NCBI GenBank assembly: GCA_040380025.1
Contig: JBEIJY010000006.1
Coordinates: 1 to 64,000 of the forward strand
Direction: 5' to 3'
Origin: Bdellovibrionales bacterium
GTDB taxonomy: Bacteria > Bdellovibrionota > UBA1018 > CAIMNF01
DNA: 64,000 bases
The translations under genes were made by a program, and so were the position numbers. Under the pieces are notes generated by a model. The model was given only the letters and a program-made list of their open reading frames with translations. It did no database searches and was not told the origin of the DNA. This document shows, one piece after another, positions 21,583 through 30,961 of this stretch (position 1 is its first letter; every line of letters starts with the position of its first letter).

Positions 21583-22680
21583 TCACTCTCCGAGCAAGGT
21601 GCCGACCACCCGATACAGCTCGTCCTTGGACGCATACTGGATCATGATCTGGCCGTTTTTCGGGCTTCCTTTGATCTCGACCTTCGACATGAACCGACGG
21701 GTGAGATCCTGGGTCAGGCGCGCGAGCTCGGGGTCAACCGCCGGGGTTGATTGCTTTTGCAGGGGATTTCCCGGGTTTTGCGCCTGGGTCTTCTTTTCTT
21801 GCGCGACCTTCTCGGTCTGGCGGACGCTCAGGCTTTTTTCGAGCACCTCGCGAGCGAGCTTTTCGCGATCGGCAACATCGTCGACCGACAGGAGCGCCTT
21901 CGCATGACCGCGAGAGAGACTCCCCTTCTTCAGTTCGACCAGGATGAAATCAGAGAGCTTGAGCACCCGAAGGGCATTCGCAATCGTTGCGCGATCCTTG
22001 CCCATCTTTTTTGCCAGATCTTCTTGCGAAAGCTGGAATTCTTGCATGAGACGAAAATATGCGAGCGCCTCGTCCACACAGTTCAGATCCTCGCGCTGGA
22101 TATTCTCGACAATCGCGAGCTCGAGCGATTCGCGGTCCGTGCTTTTTCGCACCACCACCGGAACCATCTTGAGTCCCGCAAGCTTACTCGCACGAAGCCG
22201 CCGCTCACCTGCGATCAATTCGTATCCGTCTGGCGATTTTCGCACAACGAGCGGCTGAATCAGGCCGTTTTCGCGAATCGATTGCGCGAGCTCCTCGAGC
22301 CCCTGGGCATCGAAATCCCGGCGCGGCTGGAACTCATTGGCTTTGATTTCGGAAACATCCAAAAGGGCGATTCCGGGGGTGCGGTCTTTGTTCACCGTAA
22401 GCACCGGGCCCGCGCTCGCAGCAGGGGCGGCCGCCGATGCAGAGGCCGGCGCCGGGGTCACCGGTCCGGCCTGAACGGCACCCGCGGCAGGAGCATCTGT
22501 TTTAGCGGGTTCTTTCGGAGATTCCTTGATCGCCTCCTTGGCTGGCTCTTTCGCCGCCTCTTTTACAGGCTCTTTTACTGGCTCTTTTGCAGACTCCTTC
22601 ACTGGCTCCGCAGCGGGGATCGGCGGAAGAAGGGAAGCAAGACCTTTGCCCAAAACGGATTTCGACTGCGGGTTGCTCAT
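21583..22680 (-). CDS. parB: Chromosome partition protein ParB
   Basis: LGKGLASLL, QPRRDF, ELIAGERRLRA, ENIQREDL, HTH. Confidence 0.96.
   Translation of the reverse strand: MSNPQSKSVLGKGLASLLPPIPAAEPVKESAKEPVKEPVKEAAKEPAKEAIKESPKEPAKTDAPAAGAVQAGPVTPAPASASAAAPAASAGPVLTVNKDRTPGIALLDVSEIKANEFQPRRDFDAQGLEELAQSIRENGLIQPLVVRKSPDGYELIAGERRLRASKLAGLKMVPVVVRKSTDRESLELAIVENIQREDLNCVDEALAYFRLMQEFQLSQEDLAKKMGKDRATIANALRVLKLSDFILVELKKGSLSRGHAKALLSVDDVADREKLAREVLEKSLSVRQTEKVAQEKKTQAQNPGNPLQKQSTPAVDPELARLTQDLTRRFMSKVEIKGSPKNGQIMIQYASKDELYRVVGTLLGE
22501..22608 (-). repeat. Degenerate 12-bp tandem repeat (~9 units) encoding E-x-x-K in the ParB linker
   Basis: EPVK ESAK EPVK EPVK EAAK EPAK EAIK ESPK EPAK. 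Confidence 0.85.
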
Positions 22681-22686
22681 CTTTGC

Positions 22687-23526
22687 TTATGCTCCTGGGG
22701 TGTGCTCGTGCGGCATGTCAGGCCCGCGCGAGGGAATGGGTTCTGCGACCTGATCTTTTTTGTAGCGCTCCAGAATCTCGCGCGCGAGATCGAGATACGC
22801 GATACAGCCCTTTGAATTCACATCATACAAAACGATGGGTTTTCCGAACGAAGTGCACTCGCTCAATTTGATATTGCGCGGAACTACCGTCCTGAAAACC
22901 TGGTCGCCAAAATGCTTCCGCACCTCGCTCTCGATCTCGTGACTCAACTTCAGCTGCGAGTTGAACATGGTCAAAGCGATTCCTTCGATCTGAAGCGCGG
23001 GGTTCACGCTCTGTCGAATCAGGCCGATCGTGGTCATCAGCTGTCCCAAGCCCTCAAGAGCGAAATACTCGGCCTGGAGCGGAACGATCACCGAATCAGA
23101 CGCCGTCAAGGCATTTACGGTCAGAAGCCCGAGGGTCGGCGGGCAATCAATGAAGATAAAGTCATACCGGTCTTTGATCTCTGCGATCGAAGTCTTGAGC
23201 TTCGCTTCACGGGCGAAAGAACTGACGAGCTCAATTTCGGCCCCGGCAAGGTGCGGATTTGCCGGCGCGAGATCGAGGTGATCAATCCCCGTCGAAAGAA
23301 TGACCTTCGACATGGGCACCTCGCCCAAAAGCGCATTATATATGGTGAGGTTCGCCTCATCCAAGGACTGCGCCATGCCCACCGCCGAGGACGCATTCCC
23401 CTGGGGATCAAAGTCGATCAGCAAGACCTTTTGATCTGCCAACGACAAAGACGCAGCCAAATTAACGGTCGTCGTTGTTTTGCCGACGCCGCCCTTCTGA
23501 TTCACAACTGCAATTACTTTTCCCAT
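22687..23526 (-). CDS. parA: Chromosome partition ATPase ParA/Soj
   Basis: NQKGGVGKTT, DFDPQGN, DCPP, EYFALEG. Confidence 0.97.
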   Translation of the reverse strand: MGKVIAVVNQKGGVGKTTTTVNLAASLSLADQKVLLIDFDPQGNASSAVGMAQSLDEANLTIYNALLGEVPMSKVILSTGIDHLDLAPANPHLAGAEIELVSSFAREAKLKTSIAEIKDRYDFIFIDCPPTLGLLTVNALTASDSVIVPLQAEYFALEGLGQLMTTIGLIRQSVNPALQIEGIALTMFNSQLKLSHEIESEVRKHFGDQVFRTVVPRNIKLSECTSFGKPIVLYDVNSKGCIAYLDLAREILERYKKDQVAEPIPSRGPDMPHEHTPGA

Positions 23527-23583
23527 AGTTTCCGCCCGCTGAGAGTTGAGTCCGGTGGAATTTTTTTAACCTAGTTTCATAAA

Positions 23584-23727
23584 ATAAAAAAGGGGGTAAC
23601 ACACGGGTTGTGTCAGCCCCCCTTTTCTCGTCAGATTGTTCTGTCGCGCTATCTTGCGAATAGCTTGTGTGGTTGCGGTGGAGAACAATTCTTGCGAATC
23701 GAAAGAGTCAAACTTGGTACTGCAATT
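23584..23727 (-). ncRNA. Candidate structured sRNA or cis-regulatory leader of parA
   Basis: Two GCAA-tetraloop hairpins (gattc-GCAA-gaatt; gctattc-GCAA-gatagc), 8-bp attgttct/agaacaat stem, terminator at 3' end, promoter-like motif upstream. Confidence 0.4.
23586..23626 (-). terminator. Intrinsic terminator-like hairpin upstream of parA (possibly bidirectional)
   Basis: Minus strand gggggctgacaca-acccg-tgtgttaccccc then T6; G-U pair favours the minus strand. Confidence 0.7.
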
Positions 23728-23733
23728 GCCCTC

Positions 23734-23761
23734 AGAATATCCTGAATACTCTGGATATCAA
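23734..23761 (-). promoter_or_regulatory. Putative sigma70-type promoter
   Basis: TTGATA-16 bp-TATTCT preceded by a T-tract. Confidence 0.4.
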
Positions 23762-23793
23762 CAAAAAAAGATTATCCAATTTCGGATTCGTTT

Positions 23794-24017
23794 CAAACTG
23801 CGCCCTTTGATTGCGCTTTTATGTGTGGGTGGCATGGGGAAAGGAATTCGGAGTGATTCGGTTTTCCCCTCCGAGCCGCGTCCTGCGGCCTCGCTGGCGG
23901 CAGTCCTGCCTCGCGAGAGTCGGGGAAAACCGAATCACTCCGAATCCCTCTCTCCATGCCCCTCTCCCATCAAACTCCCAAAAAAGGGGGGCCGTTCGCA
24001 ATCAAAGGGGGCAGCCT
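23794..24017. repeat. Long palindromic element, copy 1
   Basis: 39-bp inner arms 23831-23869/23922-23960; outer arms ctgcgccctttgattgcg/cgcaatcaaagggggcag. Confidence 0.9.
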
Positions 24018-24022
24018 GGAAG

Positions 24023-24201
24023 CAAACTGCCCCCTTTCATTGTGCTTGATGGGGCAGTGAGATGAAGATAAGGGACTGGGATGATTCGGTTTTCCCCGAC
24101 TCTCGCGAGGCAGGACGCGGCTCGGAGGGGAAAATCGAATTATTCCAATCCCTTATCTTCATCCCGCGGCACAAAAAAGCACAAGCAAAGAGGGCAGTTT
24201 G
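24023..24201. repeat. Long palindromic element, copy 2 (inverted relative to copy 1)
   Basis: 37-bp inner arms 24061-24097/24127-24163; ~25-bp outer arms; loop is the reverse complement of the copy 1 loop minus 23 bp. Confidence 0.9.
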
Positions 24202-24229
24202 GTCTGGACGTCGCCTTAAGAAAGAATAC

Positions 24230-24883
24230 TCATTTGGCAGGGGTTTTCCGACTCAAAACCACAATCAGGCGACAACGATCTGACGTTGAATAATCATGAA
24301 TATGAGTAACCGTCAATTTTTTGCCGTATTTTGTGGTTCGCGCCTCGGCCCACTCGGCTTCCCAGCCGCGACTCTTGAATAAAATGAGGGTGTTCCACGT
24401 GGAACACTCCCAAATCCACGCCGCAATCTTATCTACGGTTCCAACGGCTCGTGCGATCACTGTGTCGGGTCTTGTGATTGGGGCGATCTCTTCTGCTCTT
24501 TTGTGGAACACGGAAGCTCTCTGGACTCCAAGCTCCCCTTTTGCGCGCTCGAGATACTCGGCCTTTCCCTTCTCGGAGTCTGTAAGAAACCACACGCGAT
24601 CAGAATCTCTCGAGATCGCGCTCGCGAGGAGTCCGGGCACGCCTGATCCGGTCCCGATATCAAGCACTCGTTTGCCGAGCTGCGGGACTTTCAAAAGCTC
24701 GAGCACGTCCACAAGGTGTCCGCTCACGAACTCCTCTGCGCCCAAGATTCGGGTGAGGTTCTGGCTCTCGTTCTCGCGATGAAGAATCTCGGCGAAATGG
24801 GCCGCGCTCCTCGCCCGCTCTTCGCTCAGTTCCAGATTGTGGCTGCGGATGCTTTGAAAGAACTCGGCTTGCTTAGGCGCCAT
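24230..24883 (-). CDS. rsmG: 16S rRNA m7G527 methyltransferase
   Basis: NLTRI, H-x-x-D, LDIGTGSGVPG, RAEE, ARAV. Confidence 0.93.
   Translation of the reverse strand: MAPKQAEFFQSIRSHNLELSEERARSAAHFAEILHRENESQNLTRILGAEEFVSGHLVDVLELLKVPQLGKRVLDIGTGSGVPGLLASAISRDSDRVWFLTDSEKGKAEYLERAKGELGVQRASVFHKRAEEIAPITRPDTVIARAVGTVDKIAAWIWECSTWNTLILFKSRGWEAEWAEARTTKYGKKLTVTHIHDYSTSDRCRLIVVLSRKTPAK
24391..24406. promoter_or_regulatory. parS centromere site inside rsmG
   Basis: Perfect palindrome TGTTCCACGTGGAACA matching the parS consensus, ~0.9 kb from parA. Confidence 0.9.
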
Positions 24884-26777
24884 TTTGAGGGTCCCTTGTT
24901 GTCGTGTTCCCGCTCTGGTGCTTGTTCTTCAGGTAAATCATTAAATTCGCCACAGCGGCCGGGGTCACGCCTTGAATTCGCGAGGCCTGGCCCAGGTTTT
25001 CGGGGCGGGTTTCTTTCAGTCGGCCCTTGATCTCGTTCGAAAGCCCCGCAATTCCATCGTAATCAAGCCCGGTCGGGATTCTTAGCCTCTCAGCGGAACG
25101 AACTCCTTCCAAAAGCTGAAGATCCTTCTCGATGTAGCCCTGATACTTGATCTGGATCTCGATTTGCTCAAAACAGTCGTGATCGATAAGGTCGGTGCTC
25201 CACCCTAAGGCCAAAAGTGCCGAGAAATTCACCTCTGGGCGTCGAAGAAGCTCGCTCGCCGAGATTCGGTCCTTGATCGGGTTAATCCCTGCCTCGCGAA
25301 ACCGCTGGTTCGTGGCCTCATTCGGATAAAAATAAAAACCCTCCACCTGGGCGCGAATCTGGGTCAGCACCGCACTTTTCGCCACGAACCGAACCTTCGC
25401 TGACTCGGTAAGAAGCCCGATCTCGATCCCTTTCGGCGAAAGGCGAAGGTCGGCATTGTCTTCGCGCAGGATCAGCCGATACTCGGCCCGCGACGTGAAC
25501 ATCCGGTACGGCTCGTCCGAGCCCTTCAAAATCAGGTCATCAATCATCACGCCGATGTAGCCGTCTAGTCGCGAAAGCACGAACTCATCGCGCCCGAGCA
25601 CCGAGTGCGCGGCATTAATGCCTGCCACCAAGCCCTGCCCCGCTGCCTCTTCGTAGCCTGATGTTCCATTCACCTGCCCGCCAAAAAACAGCCCCGGCAC
25701 ATCCTTGCACTCAAGAGTCCTTTTCAGCTGCCTTGCATCGATCGCGTCGTACTCGACCGCATAGGCATAACGAATGAATTGAGCATTTTCGAGGCCAGGA
25801 ACGGTACGTACGAACTTCTCTTGCACATCAACGGGGAGAGAGGTCGAGATCCCATTCACATAGATTTCAGGAACATCGAGCCCCTCTGGCTCAAGGAACA
25901 GCTGATGCCGGTCTTTATCCCGAAACCGGACAATCTTGTCTTCGATCGAGGGGCAGTACCTGGGTCCGACCCCTGTAATCGCCCCGCTATACATGGCCGA
26001 GAGGCCGATATTTTCCTCGATGATCTGGTGAGTCTGCTCGTTCGTGTAGGTCAAAAAGCAGTTTACTTGGGGCAGCTCTGGGTAAGTATCCCTCGCCCCA
26101 TAAAAAGAAAACGGAATCAGCGAATCATCTCCAGGCTGAGGAATGGTCTTTGACCAATCGATCGAGTCGCGATGAAGCCTAGGAGGCGTGCCCGTCTTCA
26201 GGCGCCGAAGGCGCAGTCCCAGTTTAGTCAGGTCTGAACTCAGGCTATTCGCGGATTTATCCCCAAGCCGCCCCCCCTCTTCTTGCTCTTTGCCGCGGTG
26301 CATAATCGCCCGCAAAAAGGTGCCCGAGGTGATCACAACCGCCTTCGCACGAACCTCCGCACGACCGAGACGGATCCCGACCACTCGGTCGTTCTCGACC
26401 AAAAGCCCGGTCACCTCTCCCTCGACCACGGTAAGCCCTGGAACAGTGCCCAAGAACTCCTGCATGAACTGCGCGTAGCGGTTTTTGTCGCACTGCGCCC
26501 TAGAAGAGCGGACGGCAGGCCCCTTACCCGAATTCAGTCTTCTAAATTGAATCGTGGCGCGATCGGTGATTCGACCCATGATCCCGCCTAAAGCATCGAT
26601 TTCTTTAACTAATTGCCCCTTGGCAAGACCGCCGATGGCAGGATTGCAAGACATCACGCCAATCTTGCTTCGCTCGAGGGTCACCATTGCGGTCTTCGCG
26701 CCCAAACGCGCAGAAGCATGCGCAGCCTCGCAACCGGCATGGCCGCCACCCACGACAATGACATCAAAATCGTTCAT
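24873..26777 (-). CDS. mnmG: tRNA uridine 5-carboxymethylaminomethyl modification enzyme
   Basis: GGGHAG, MSCNPAIGG, KTGTPPR, GPRYCPSIEDK, GTSGYEEAAGQG. Confidence 0.98.
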   Translation of the reverse strand: MNDFDVIVVGGGHAGCEAAHASARLGAKTAMVTLERSKIGVMSCNPAIGGLAKGQLVKEIDALGGIMGRITDRATIQFRRLNSGKGPAVRSSRAQCDKNRYAQFMQEFLGTVPGLTVVEGEVTGLLVENDRVVGIRLGRAEVRAKAVVITSGTFLRAIMHRGKEQEEGGRLGDKSANSLSSDLTKLGLRLRRLKTGTPPRLHRDSIDWSKTIPQPGDDSLIPFSFYGARDTYPELPQVNCFLTYTNEQTHQIIEENIGLSAMYSGAITGVGPRYCPSIEDKIVRFRDKDRHQLFLEPEGLDVPEIYVNGISTSLPVDVQEKFVRTVPGLENAQFIRYAYAVEYDAIDARQLKRTLECKDVPGLFFGGQVNGTSGYEEAAGQGLVAGINAAHSVLGRDEFVLSRLDGYIGVMIDDLILKGSDEPYRMFTSRAEYRLILREDNADLRLSPKGIEIGLLTESAKVRFVAKSAVLTQIRAQVEGFYFYPNEATNQRFREAGINPIKDRISASELLRRPEVNFSALLALGWSTDLIDHDCFEQIEIQIKYQGYIEKDLQLLEGVRSAERLRIPTGLDYDGIAGLSNEIKGRLKETRPENLGQASRIQGVTPAAVANLMIYLKNKHQSGNTTTRDPQNGA

Positions 26778-26792
26778 AAGAGGATGCGAATC

Positions 26793-27218
26793 TTAGCGCA
26801 CCGGAGCGTTTTTGTCGATATAATTGATGATCTCTTCGAGCGAGGTTCCGGGGGTAAAGACCATGGCCGTACCTGCTGCCTTCAGACCTTCAAAGTCCTC
26901 TTCAGGGATGATTCCGCCCACCAGCACCAAGGTATCGGTAAGGCCTGCGGTACGGATCCCTTGGATCACCTCGGGAACCAGCGCGTTATGGGCGCCCGAC
27001 AAAACACTGATCCCGATCACATGAACATCTTCTTGAATCGCGGCCTTCACGATCATCTCAGGGGTCTGATGAAGCCCTGTGTAAATCACTTCAAACCCCG
27101 CATCCCGAAGGGCGCGGGCAATCACCTTCGCCCCCCGGTCATGGCCATCTAGGCCGGGCTTTGCAATCAACACACGAATCTTATTGCGGCGGGAGGACTC
27201 GATCACTGCTTCGTTCAT
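26793..27218 (-). CDS. icmB: Acyl-CoA mutase small (cobalamin-binding) subunit, IcmB-like
   Basis: [11 protein letters not shown] (DxHxxG), SxLxG, GGIIP. Confidence 0.85.
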   Translation of the reverse strand: MNEAVIESSRRNKIRVLIAKPGLDGHDRGAKVIARALRDAGFEVIYTGLHQTPEMIVKAAIQEDVHVIGISVLSGAHNALVPEVIQGIRTAGLTDTLVLVGGIIPEEDFEGLKAAGTAMVFTPGTSLEEIINYIDKNAPVR

Positions 27219-27239
27219 ATTTTTCAAAAACCCTTCTGA

Positions 27240-28919
27240 TTAAAACTTGCCTTCTTCGCGGTACTCACCGTAAACGCCACGCAAGGTGTCACAAACCTCT
27301 TGAAGCGTGGCAAACTCCTTAACCGCTTCGACAATCGACGGCATCAAATTTTCGTTGCGCTCAGCGGCATTTCGAACCGAAAGAAGCAAACTCTGCACCT
27401 TTGCCTGATCGCGTCGCGCCTTGATGGCTCGGAGCTTCTCGGCCTGCTTTTTTTCGACCGAGCGGTCAATGTACAGGGTCTCGAGGGTGCGCTTCTTTTC
27501 TTCGACCTGATATTTGTTCACTCCCACCATGACCTTCTCTTTCTTTTCGAGTTGGCGCTGGAAGTGATACGCACTGTTTCCGATCTCGGCCTGCGGGTAC
27601 CCGTTCTCGACGGCCTTGATCATGCCGCCCATTTCATCGATTTTTTTGATGTACGCCAAGGCCTCGGTCTCGACCTTGTTCGTCAAATATTCAACCAAAT
27701 ACGACCCGCCAAGCGGATCCGCAAAGTTCGCGATCCCGCTCTCTTCGGCGATCACCTGCTGGGTTCGAAGGGCGACCATCACCGCCTCATCGGTCGGAAG
27801 CGCAAGCGTCTCATCCATCGAGTTCGTATGCAGGGAGTTCACCCCTCCCAACACTCCTGCCATCGCCTGCACCGCAACGCGAACCACATTGTTCATAGGC
27901 TGTTGGGCCGTCAACGAAACGCCGGCGGTTTGCGCGTGGGTCCGAAGCATCCAGGATTTCGGCGATTTCGCGCCATATCGGTCTTTCATCATGCGCGCCC
28001 AAATGCGGCGGGCGGCGCGGAATTTCGCGATTTCTTCGAAGAAATCATTATGAACGTCAAAAAAGAACGAAAGCCGGGGAGCGAATTCATCGATATCGAG
28101 GCCGCGCTTCAGCGACTCCTCGACGTAGGCCATTCCGTCTGCAAGAGTGAACGCGAGCTCCTGAACCGCCGTCGCACCGGCTTCGCGAATATGGTACCCA
28201 GAAATCGAAACCGTGTTCCAGTTCGGGTAATGCTGGGTTCCGTATTCGATCGTGTCGATCACGCATTTCACTGCGGGAGCGATGGGGAAGAGCCACTCTT
28301 TCTGCGCAATGTATTCTTTTAAAATGTCGTTTTGCAGGGTTCCACGGACCTTTTCTTTCGGCACACCCCGGCTTTCGGCCATCGCATAGTACATGGCCAG
28401 AATCACGATCGCGGGACCATTGATCGTCATCGAGGTCGTGACCTGATCGAGCGGAATGTCCGCGAACAGCTCTTCCATGTCGGCAATCGTCGAGACAGAA
28501 ACTCCGCACTTTCCGACTTCGCCCATGGCTTTCGGGGAATCACAATCGTAGCCCATCAGGGTCGGCATATCGAAGGCGGTCGAAAGACCGGTTTGCCCCT
28601 GTTCGAGCAAGAGCTTGAAGCGCTTGTTCGTCGCTTCCGGGGTCGAAAACCCGGCAAACTGCCGCATCGTCCAGAGCTTACCGCGATACATGTTGTATTG
28701 GACACCGCGGGTGTAGGGGAATTCCCCCGGAAACCCGACATCGCGCTCGTAATCGAACCCGATCTTGTCGAGATCGTCCGGAGTGCAAAGAAGAGGCACC
28801 TCCATGTCACTGAGTGTGGTGAAGCGGGCGGGTCGCTCGGGCACCTTCTTCAGGCTAGCGAGAAGGCGTTCTTCCCAAAGCTTACGCTTCTCTGCGATCG
28901 ATCGGATGTCGTTTCCCAT
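27240..28919 (-). CDS. icmA: Acyl-CoA mutase large subunit, probably isobutyryl-CoA mutase
   Basis: MM_CoA_mutase fold motifs; RQFAG (Phe at the MCM Tyr89 position) and KEYIAQKEW (Gln at the Arg207 position). Confidence 0.8.
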   Translation of the reverse strand: MGNDIRSIAEKRKLWEERLLASLKKVPERPARFTTLSDMEVPLLCTPDDLDKIGFDYERDVGFPGEFPYTRGVQYNMYRGKLWTMRQFAGFSTPEATNKRFKLLLEQGQTGLSTAFDMPTLMGYDCDSPKAMGEVGKCGVSVSTIADMEELFADIPLDQVTTSMTINGPAIVILAMYYAMAESRGVPKEKVRGTLQNDILKEYIAQKEWLFPIAPAVKCVIDTIEYGTQHYPNWNTVSISGYHIREAGATAVQELAFTLADGMAYVEESLKRGLDIDEFAPRLSFFFDVHNDFFEEIAKFRAARRIWARMMKDRYGAKSPKSWMLRTHAQTAGVSLTAQQPMNNVVRVAVQAMAGVLGGVNSLHTNSMDETLALPTDEAVMVALRTQQVIAEESGIANFADPLGGSYLVEYLTNKVETEALAYIKKIDEMGGMIKAVENGYPQAEIGNSAYHFQRQLEKKEKVMVGVNKYQVEEKKRTLETLYIDRSVEKKQAEKLRAIKARRDQAKVQSLLLSVRNAAERNENLMPSIVEAVKEFATLQEVCDTLRGVYGEYREEGKF

Positions 28920-28969
28920 GGGGCGCAATATATCCCCAAGGATCATCGAGATCAAATGGCGCGACTCAA

Positions 28970-30130
28970 TTATTTTTTAGCGAGCTCCTGGGCCGCAATC
29001 ACGAGCTTCTGAATCTCGCTCGTTCCCTCGTAAATCTCGGTGATCTTCGCATCCCGGAAGTTCCGCTCCACCACATATTCCTTGGTGTAGCCATATCCGC
29101 CATGAACCTGAATCGCCTTGGTGGTGATCCACATGGCGGCGTCGGCCGCGGCAAGTTTCGCCATCGCGGCCTCTCTCGTAAACGGAAGGCCTTGATCTTT
29201 GCGGCTAGCCGCAAACCAAGTCAAAAGACGGGCGCCCTGAAGACGGGTCGCCATCTCGGCAACATAAAACTGGATGGCCTGGAGCTTCGCGATCGGTGCG
29301 CCGAACTGCTCGCGCTCCATGGCGAATTTCTTCGAGGCCTCGAGCGCACAGGTAGAAATTCCGAGTGCCTGCGAAGCAATGCCGATCCGGCCGCCATCGA
29401 GCGTACTCATTGCGATTTTGAAGCCTTCGCCCTCTTTTCCGAGAAGGCATTCTTCGGGAACAAAGCAATCATCGAAAAAGAGCGACGCTGTCGACGAGGC
29501 CGTGATGCCAAGCTTGTTTTCGAGCTTGTTCACGCTGTAGCCCTTCGATTTGGTATCGACGACGAACGCGCAGATTCCCTTGTGTTTCAGCTCGGGATTG
29601 ATCGTGGCGAACAAAATGCAATAATCGGCTTCGCGTCCGTTGGTGATCCAGTTCTTCGAGCCGTTGATTTTGTACCCACCCGGAACCTTTTCGGCGCGAC
29701 ACTTCAGGCCGGCCGGATCAGACCCGTGACCGGGCTCGGAAAGGGCAAAACACCCGAGTTTCTGGCCCGTGGCGAGGGGCTTCAGGAACTTTTCTTTTTG
29801 GTGGTCATTTCCGAAAGCCTGAATCGGGTAGCACACGAGGGAATTGTTCACCGACATGATCACACCGCTCGATGCGCACGCCGACGATATCGCTTCCATC
29901 GCCATTGCGTATTCGACGGTACCGAGGCCCGCTCCGCCCCACTTCTCTTCGACCATCATTCCCATGAGACCCATCGAAGCCATTTGCGAGACGATTTCGG
30001 TGGGAAACTCGCCGGTCTCGTCATGATGGGCGGCCTTCGACGCCACCACCTCTTGGGCGAACTGATGAATCGAGTCCATCAGCATCGTTTGCGATTCGTC
30101 CAGACCGGGCCAGGATTTCGTGTAGTCCAT
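28970..30130 (-). CDS. Short-chain (butyryl-CoA-type) acyl-CoA dehydrogenase
   Basis: [38 protein letters not shown]. Confidence 0.93.
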   Translation of the reverse strand: MDYTKSWPGLDESQTMLMDSIHQFAQEVVASKAAHHDETGEFPTEIVSQMASMGLMGMMVEEKWGGAGLGTVEYAMAMEAISSACASSGVIMSVNNSLVCYPIQAFGNDHQKEKFLKPLATGQKLGCFALSEPGHGSDPAGLKCRAEKVPGGYKINGSKNWITNGREADYCILFATINPELKHKGICAFVVDTKSKGYSVNKLENKLGITASSTASLFFDDCFVPEECLLGKEGEGFKIAMSTLDGGRIGIASQALGISTCALEASKKFAMEREQFGAPIAKLQAIQFYVAEMATRLQGARLLTWFAASRKDQGLPFTREAAMAKLAAADAAMWITTKAIQVHGGYGYTKEYVVERNFRDAKITEIYEGTSEIQKLVIAAQELAKK

Positions 30131-30163
30131 TGATGTGTCCTTTGCTGATGCTTATAGCACCGT

Positions 30164-30961
30164 TCAAATTCCTTTGAAAGCGGCGGGGCGCTTTTCCAGA
30201 AACGCCGTCATGCCCTCTTTTTGATCGGCGCCACCGAAAAGCCCCGAAAACCGGTGAGTTTCGGCGTCCATCTTGGGATGAATCCCGATGGACTCGTCAA
30301 ACTCGTTCATGAGTCCCTTCGCGGCCGAGACCGCGACCGGCGAATTGCGGGCCACCCGGTGCGCGGCCGCCTCGACCTCGGCAAAGAATCCTTCTTGCGG
30401 ATGAACCGCACGGATCAACCCGAGATCTTTCGCTTCCTGGGCCCGAATGCGATCGCCGGTGAACACCAGCTCTTTTGCGCGCGAAATCCCGATCGCCTTC
30501 ATGAGGCGCATCGTTCCGCCGAATCCGGGAATCACACCGAGAGAAACCTCGGGAAGCCCGAACTGCGCCTTCTCGCTTGCCATGATGAAATCGCACGAAA
30601 GAGCGAGCTCCGTGCCGCCTCCGAGCGCGAAGCCGTGAACAGCCGCGATCGTAACCTTCGGCATCTGCTCCAGCAGCAGGCACACGGCGTGTCCCAAGCG
30701 CGAAAACTCGGTGGCTTCGGCGCGATTCATCGCCTGCATCTCGCGGATGTCGGCACCCGCCACGAACGCCTTCTCGCCCGCCCCGCGAAGAATCAACACC
30801 CGCACGGACGAATCCCGCGCGATTTCTTGCAGTGTTTCTTTCAGTTCGCGAAGAGTTGCCAGATTGAGCGCATTCAGCGCCTCGGGCCGGTCGATCGAAA
30901 GCTCGAGAATCCCCGGAGCGACTTCTCTCTTCTGTATGTTTTTCTGTGTGTCCTTAGTCAT
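30164..30961 (-). CDS. Enoyl-CoA hydratase (crotonase)
   Basis: [35 protein letters not shown]. Confidence 0.93.
   Translation of the reverse strand: MTKDTQKNIQKREVAPGILELSIDRPEALNALNLATLRELKETLQEIARDSSVRVLILRGAGEKAFVAGADIREMQAMNRAEATEFSRLGHAVCLLLEQMPKVTIAAVHGFALGGGTELALSCDFIMASEKAQFGLPEVSLGVIPGFGGTMRLMKAIGISRAKELVFTGDRIRAQEAKDLGLIRAVHPQEGFFAEVEAAAHRVARNSPVAVSAAKGLMNEFDESIGIHPKMDAETHRFSGLFGGADQKEGMTAFLEKRPAAFKGI

Noticed and set aside
23794..24201. CRISPR or attC interpretation of the repeats
   Set aside because: Only two inverted copies, no repeat-spacer periodicity, no cas or integrase genes, no attC core ends.
23636..24293. Short ORFs over the rsmG-parA gap, some sharing peptides (IRFSP, DSVFP)
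   Set aside because: The shared peptides come from the DNA palindromes, not from coding conservation.
27240..28919. Methylmalonyl-CoA mutase annotation
   Set aside because: Lacks the Tyr/Arg carboxylate-binding pair, and no epimerase or carboxylase is nearby.
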